Below, one piece after another: positions 58,945 to 64,000 of a stretch of DNA of 64,000 nucleotides. Each line of letters begins with the position of its first letter. Positions within the stretch are counted from its first letter, which is position 1. The position numbers and the translations under genes are program-made. The DNA is taken from contig CAXXXF010000006.1 of NCBI GenBank assembly GCA_963667175.2, positions 416,001-480,000 of the forward strand. The letters are read 5' to 3'. The stretch comes from Candidatus Latescibacterota bacterium. Lineage in GTDB: Bacteria > Latescibacterota > UBA2968 > GCA-2709665. The notes beneath the pieces were generated by a model. It worked only from the letters and a program-made list of their open reading frames with translations, made no database searches and was not told the DNA's origin.

Positions 58945-61332
58945 TTAACGGATCACCACAAACGTGCCGGTCTTGATCTTCCCGGCGGCCGCCGAACCTT
59001 CAACGCCATGCACGGCATAGAAATAGATTCCCGGGCCCACAAGCGCCCGGATTGTGGAATAAGGACGGCCCGTCCAGCTGGTCTCACTGGATGAAATGGC
59101 CTTCTGCCGCAAGACCTGGATCAGCTGTCCGGCGGTATTGAAAATATAGATGAACGAGTTTGACGGCACGTTCACAAACCTGATTTTCAGACCGCCGCCG
59201 TATTCGTTGGTACCGTTGGCCATATACGGATTCGGCACCACCACGATATCCCGTTCAAGCGCGTCCGCAGCCGCCACGTACGGCAGCACGGGCGACCCGC
59301 GGTTGACCTGCAGGAAGTTGGAATAAGGCCCTTCCTGCCCGTTCTGCAGGAACTTCTGCGCCCTGGGCGGAAGGTCTGCAAACTTCATGTTCCCGTCGTT
59401 GTTCGCCCAGTCGTTGTGCGGTTCCTGGTAAGCCCGAATGCTGTAGTAATAGAAGAATCCGGCGTTGGAACTCGCGTCGGACCAGCCGTACATCCCCGGA
59501 CGGGCGGCGCGCCGGCCGTCATTCGCCTGGTTCGCCAGCCCAACCGCCTGACTCTCATTCCCTTCAGCTGCCGCCACCGGCCAGTCGGCGCCCGCGTCGT
59601 ACGTGACGCCCGCCGGCAACGGCCCGCCCACCGGAATGTCGCCGACCAGCGAGAACGGACCCGTGGCCGTGAGTGTTCCCCGGAGCCCGCGGTAGATACG
59701 GAACCCTGCCACGTCCGCGGCGCCGTAATCGGGATGGACGGCGCCCTGGGCCTCTGCGGCCCAGAACAGCTTCACCTTGGCGTTCTCGTCACTCTTCACG
59801 TACACGTCAATGTCCGGGGGGCCGTCCGGAATGTCAAAGCCGCTCTGATAGGCGAACAGCGCGTGTTCCAGGTGCTCGACGAGCGCCTGCTCGCCCTGCA
59901 GGAAGCTGGCCTTGTCGGCCGTGAGCGACCACTGCCAGATGTCGATGGGGCTCTTCCCGGGGCCGCCGTACTCGGCGCCGGAACCGGCCACGAACGCCAC
60001 GATGACCTTGGCCTTGTCGCCAGGCCCGAGCGCCCACGGTCCGTACACCTGCGCGTTCGTGAAGCCGCCTACCTCCGTGGGATTGTCCTGGGCGGTCGCG
60101 GCGGTCAACTTGGCAAACGCTTCCGCGGGGGTCTCCCCCTCGAGGACGGGCTCGTCGTAGTCGGCAGTCGTCCGCACGTTCCACCAGCCCTGGTAGACCG
60201 GCTGGTCTCCCGCGGGCTGCACGTACTGACCCGCGTCGTGCATATTGAACGCGTGACGGGGATCGTCCGGACTGTCCGCGAAAGCGACCGGCGCCATGCC
60301 CACGAAGGAATGGGACGCCAGCTTGCCGTCGGGGAACGCCATCTCCTTCAGGTCAGAGGTCTCGATGTCCTTGATCCACGGGTCGCCGGTATCCTCCCAG
60401 GCCTTGAACGGGCTGTCGCCGTCCCACTGATAGCTCAGCTTGAGCCCCTGCGCCCTGGCCGCGCTGATGAACGCCGGGCCCCCGGGGCCGCCGTCCACGT
60501 AGTTTCCGGCTTCCGTATAGCGGAAGTTATCGTCCAGACCGTCGTCCATCCACCGCCACCAGCGGCCGCCGCCGGTGTTGTTGTCGGAGGTCTCGTTGAT
60601 CTTCCAGGTGGCCACCAGCGGCAGGTACACCTCGTTGTGTCGATCGCTGCCGGTGTTTTCCAGGATGAATTCCGCGATCACGAAATCGTCGAACATCTGG
60701 TGGGACCAGTTGTGGACCTTCCGGGTGATCGTGATGTCGAACTTGTTGGTCCACCTGGCAACCAGAATCTCTTCGGCAAACGCATCATCAGGCGTGTATT
60801 CACCCGGAGAGTAGTTACTGATGAGTCTGGGCGGCGCGCTGACGTCATTCTCGTCGGGCACGTTCGCGCCCGGCCAGTAGTTGCTGGCCGGCGAGAACGA
60901 CCCTGAACGCCCCTGTTCCCACTCCGTGGCCGCGCCCAGGTGCGCTTCCGGCCCGCTCGATGGGTCATAGACGAGCGGCGTGATATCGACGCTCTTGCCC
61001 CGCGGTCCGGTCCAGGCCGCATCCACTCCGCCCGGTCCCACGACCATGATCCACGTGCCGAAGCCCACGGCGTTGCCGCCGCGGCGGGTATAATTGGAAC
61101 TGGCGTTGCTGCTGGGGATGTTTGCCCAGCCGGGATACCAGAACATGTCCGGCTCGCCGGTCTGCCCGCTTCCGAGGTTCCACCCGCCCATGGTGCCGTC
61201 CGAGTTCCAGCTGACCTGGACGTGGCTTCGGCTGGTGGACAGCCGCGGGGTGTCGCTCTGGTCTACGGCCCAGGCGCCCACTGGCAGGAGCAAGCCGCAG
61301 ACAAGCGCCATAAGCTTGATGCCTGGTTTCAT
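58945..61332 (-). CDS. Secreted protein with C-terminal T9SS-CTD/FlgD-like sorting domain
   Basis: Signal peptide; GFRIYR; VVPNPY...IRFVNVP....IYIFNTAGQLI...W.G...GIYFY.V...GTFVVIR. Confidence 0.8.
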   Translation of the reverse strand: MKPGIKLMALVCGLLLPVGAWAVDQSDTPRLSTSRSHVQVSWNSDGTMGGWNLGSGQTGEPDMFWYPGWANIPSSNASSNYTRRGGNAVGFGTWIMVVGPGGVDAAWTGPRGKSVDITPLVYDPSSGPEAHLGAATEWEQGRSGSFSPASNYWPGANVPDENDVSAPPRLISNYSPGEYTPDDAFAEEILVARWTNKFDITITRKVHNWSHQMFDDFVIAEFILENTGSDRHNEVYLPLVATWKINETSDNNTGGGRWWRWMDDGLDDNFRYTEAGNYVDGGPGGPAFISAARAQGLKLSYQWDGDSPFKAWEDTGDPWIKDIETSDLKEMAFPDGKLASHSFVGMAPVAFADSPDDPRHAFNMHDAGQYVQPAGDQPVYQGWWNVRTTADYDEPVLEGETPAEAFAKLTAATAQDNPTEVGGFTNAQVYGPWALGPGDKAKVIVAFVAGSGAEYGGPGKSPIDIWQWSLTADKASFLQGEQALVEHLEHALFAYQSGFDIPDGPPDIDVYVKSDENAKVKLFWAAEAQGAVHPDYGAADVAGFRIYRGLRGTLTATGPFSLVGDIPVGGPLPAGVTYDAGADWPVAAAEGNESQAVGLANQANDGRRAARPGMYGWSDASSNAGFFYYYSIRAYQEPHNDWANNDGNMKFADLPPRAQKFLQNGQEGPYSNFLQVNRGSPVLPYVAAADALERDIVVVPNPYMANGTNEYGGGLKIRFVNVPSNSFIYIFNTAGQLIQVLRQKAISSSETSWTGRPYSTIRALVGPGIYFYAVHGVEGSAAAGKIKTGTFVVIR

Positions 61333-61356
61333 ACTTGCTTCTCCCTTTCTTGAATT

Positions 61357-61388
61357 AAAGGGGGGCATGAAGACAGCCGCCCCCCTTT
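61357..61388 (-). terminator. Intercistronic hairpin (attenuator or mRNA stabiliser)
   Basis: AAAGGGGGGC...GCCCCCCTTT between the receptor and the downstream gene. Confidence 0.55.
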
Positions 61389-61403
61389 GGAAAGTTAACG
61401 GGT

Positions 61404-64000
61404 TCAGAAGTTGACTTTCAGGCCCACGCCCACCTCGCGCGGCTTCCCGTAGTACCGGGTCAATTCGTTGTAATCCCCGTACGTCAGGTAGTCCTGGTCG
61501 TTCGGCCTGGGCAGATTCAGACCCCAGCGGACGAAGTCAGGATAGGAACCGGCCACGGGGCTGTCCTGCTGGTTGAACAGGTTGAAGATCTCCACGTAGA
61601 AGACGGCGTTTCGGTGCCCGCCCTCCACGAGCGTCTTCTCGACCTGCAGGTCGGTCCAGGTGCGGATGGGCCTGTGACGCAGTTCCGGCTGCTTCCCGGG
61701 CGGCGTGTACCATTGGGGCCTGCCGCTCTGGATGCGCCAGACCATATTGGCGCGCAGGCCGCCCACCGCGTGGAACTGGCGCAGCCCGGGGCCGAAGTCC
61801 ATGGGCGTGTCCAGGTACAGCGAGAGACTGGACTGGACGCGCAGGTCGGACCCCTTGGGGTTGAACAGGCGGCCGCCGCCGTAGGTGGGCTGCCACACGC
61901 CGTTCATGTTGGCCGGCGCGTCGTAGGCCTTCTGGATGTCCATGAACTCGAAGATCACGAACTGATAGCTGTTCGTGATGCCTCTGGCCCTGCCCCGCCA
62001 CCAACTGGCCACCCGCGTGGCGAGTTTCATCCGCTCTTCCAGCGTGAAGTCCTTGCGGACGTAGGACGAGCCGTCCCATTCCCAGTCGTGATACTGGTCC
62101 GGATTCATCACGTACGAGGAATCCGGGTAGAACATGGTGGCGTTGGAGCCCACGCGCGCCGTGGACGCCCAGCCGAAGTTGACGGCCGCGTTGAACGAGA
62201 AGTAGTGGCTGAAGCCCTTGCGCACGTGCAACTCGAGACCTCTCATGTCCTGGTACGTGCTGGGTTTGCGGCCCCAGACCCACGTTGTCCGCTGCGGCTC
62301 GTACCAGTAGCGGCTGCCGGAGGAAATCTTTCCGATTGCGCTCTTGTAGTAGGCCGCCATACCCGCCGTATAGTCAGCCACGAAGTTCCAGTCGGCGCCC
62401 GCCTCGTACGCCCGGGTACGCGTGAGCGAAACGTAGGGGTTTGCCATCCGGACCTGACCGTGCAGACCGCGGAACGCGTCCCACGCCACGTGGGCGTCGG
62501 GGCCGTTCGCGCGCCACTGTTCACGGAAGTACTCGAACAGATCGGGCACCTTCGCGTACAGGCCGGCGGTAAAGTGGAAGGCGGACCGCTGCGTGATGGG
62601 ATGGGAGATCCCGAAGCGCGGGCTGAACTGGGTCGCCCACTGCGGATCCACCGTGACCATGTCCACGTGCTTGATGAGCCAGCGGTTCTGCGGCGTCTGA
62701 AGCTGCGAGACGTTGTAGAACCTGTGGTTGGTGTAAAGCGCGTCGAACCGGATGCCCGCGTTCATCACCATCCCCTCGAACTCCATCTTGTCCTGCAGAT
62801 AGAATCCGATCTGAATGGGGTTGATGGGGGCCTTCACGTCCGGGAGATTGCCCGAGTGGGTGATGAAGTCCACGATCCGCTGGCTCGGGTTGGGCGAGTT
62901 GTAGTTCAGATAATAGATGCTGAACCGGGTGAGATCGATACCCGTCTTGACGAAGTGCCCCTTGGTGACCTGAGAAGACACGTCCAGCTTCACGTTCAGC
63001 CGGCTGCGGTCGGCGATGGTATAATTCGCGACGTTACTGGGCTTCACGTTGAACCAGCCGTCCAGGTCCTTCTCGCCGAATACCGTTACCGGGAATCCGA
63101 AGCTGTCCTTCGGCCAGTTGGTTTCCTGGGTATCTTCCAGCGTCGTGTAGAACGACACCCTGGCTTCGTAGAACGTCTTCGGGGATACCGTGTGGGTCAG
63201 GGACGCGTACGTGACGCGATCGGAAACCTTGCGACCGCCCGCGCCCGACCCCTCCGGCAGGAAGACGTTCTGCCCGTTGGAGGCCCGGTCGCGCTGGGTG
63301 TTCGTTCCCCTGTTGTAATACTCCGCCACCGAGTAGATCTGCCCGATGCTCACCTTCGCGTCGGCGCCGGGGCGGAACGTCAGCTTGGCGTTCCCGCGGA
63401 AATCCAGCGGCGTTTCCAGCGTGGGAAACCCGCCCGACATCACGCTGGTCAGGCTGGTGGCCCCCAGGCTCGGGTCGAACGTGGCATTGCGTACGGACGT
63501 GTTCAGCACGTCGGTCGGCTGCCTGGTATACCGGGCGCTGGCGAAGAAGCTGGCCTGGTCGCCCAGCGGGCCGGAAATCCCGCCCTCGATGTAGGAACCC
63601 TTAACGTCCGTATAGTCCACGGCCCTGTGCGCCAGGCCCACCTCGTCGTCGGGCGTTCCGGGAACGCCATCCTCGCCGTCGCTCAGGATCACCGTTTCGG
63701 CGCGCCATTCCCGGTCGTCCCACTTGAGCTTGTCGCGGTGATACGCGCTCTCGTACAGGTTGGCGCCCCAGTGCTTCTGGCTCGGCGGCGTATAGCGGAA
63801 ATCTCCCCAGCCGCGGAAGTCCCGCCCGCCGTCTTTCGTAATGATGGAGACCGCGCCGGACTCCAGGTTGCCGTATTCGGCGCTCGCGCCGCCCGAAATC
63901 ACCGTGATTTCCTGGACGGCGGTTTTGGAGGGTCCGGTGAACTGCCGGCCGTACCCGTCGTTGTTCGGCAGGACCACGCCGTCCACCATCAGGATGGCGT
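61404..64000 (-). CDS. TonB-dependent receptor (5' end outside the window)
   Basis: Plug motif VQEITVISGGASAEYGNLESGAVSIITK; YLQDKMEF, AGIRFD, FSPRFGISHP, NLFN, terminal Phe. Confidence 0.93.
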   Translation of the reverse strand, partial: AILMVDGVVLPNNDGYGRQFTGPSKTAVQEITVISGGASAEYGNLESGAVSIITKDGGRDFRGWGDFRYTPPSQKHWGANLYESAYHRDKLKWDDREWRAETVILSDGEDGVPGTPDDEVGLAHRAVDYTDVKGSYIEGGISGPLGDQASFFASARYTRQPTDVLNTSVRNATFDPSLGATSLTSVMSGGFPTLETPLDFRGNAKLTFRPGADAKVSIGQIYSVAEYYNRGTNTQRDRASNGQNVFLPEGSGAGGRKVSDRVTYASLTHTVSPKTFYEARVSFYTTLEDTQETNWPKDSFGFPVTVFGEKDLDGWFNVKPSNVANYTIADRSRLNVKLDVSSQVTKGHFVKTGIDLTRFSIYYLNYNSPNPSQRIVDFITHSGNLPDVKAPINPIQIGFYLQDKMEFEGMVMNAGIRFDALYTNHRFYNVSQLQTPQNRWLIKHVDMVTVDPQWATQFSPRFGISHPITQRSAFHFTAGLYAKVPDLFEYFREQWRANGPDAHVAWDAFRGLHGQVRMANPYVSLTRTRAYEAGADWNFVADYTAGMAAYYKSAIGKISSGSRYWYEPQRTTWVWGRKPSTYQDMRGLELHVRKGFSHYFSFNAAVNFGWASTARVGSNATMFYPDSSYVMNPDQYHDWEWDGSSYVRKDFTLEERMKLATRVASWWRGRARGITNSYQFVIFEFMDIQKAYDAPANMNGVWQPTYGGGRLFNPKGSDLRVQSSLSLYLDTPMDFGPGLRQFHAVGGLRANMVWRIQSGRPQWYTPPGKQPELRHRPIRTWTDLQVEKTLVEGGHRNAVFYVEIFNLFNQQDSPVAGSYPDFVRWGLNLPRPNDQDYLTYGDYNELTRYYGKPREVGVGLKVNF

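Overview
GC-rich bacterial chromosomal window. The gene content (GWxTD proteins, a PorV/PorQ-family barrel, a T9SS-CTD-like protein, a TonB-dependent receptor, several sulfatases and PhyH-family oxygenases) suggests an FCB-group organism such as Latescibacterota/Gemmatimonadota-like; this is inference only. The window holds a TPP riboswitch with thiC, many catabolic enzymes, three large heparinase II/III-like proteins, a BlaI + M56-peptidase/5xTonB signalling pair, an AT-rich islet (putative Abi protein, orphan DNA methyltransferase, group IIC intron stub, nucleotidyltransferase pair), two TA-like gene pairs, one intact IS110 and many small intergenic repeats. Top observations: (1) four of the five PhyH-family Fe(II)/2OG enzymes carry HxA/HxG instead of HxD, the signature of radical halogenases, and three of them cluster with an aminotransferase, an acyl-CoA dehydrogenase-like protein, an O-methyltransferase and an RraA-like protein. 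(2) The IS110 ends, AG/CT core and target can be read directly because an empty copy of the target repeat lies in the thiC leader, and the IS left end folds like a bridge RNA. (3) A 19-bp palindromic insertion is present in one of two MITE copies and absent from the other. No rRNA, tRNA or CRISPR array was found. All product calls come from motif recognition by eye; no database searches were run.
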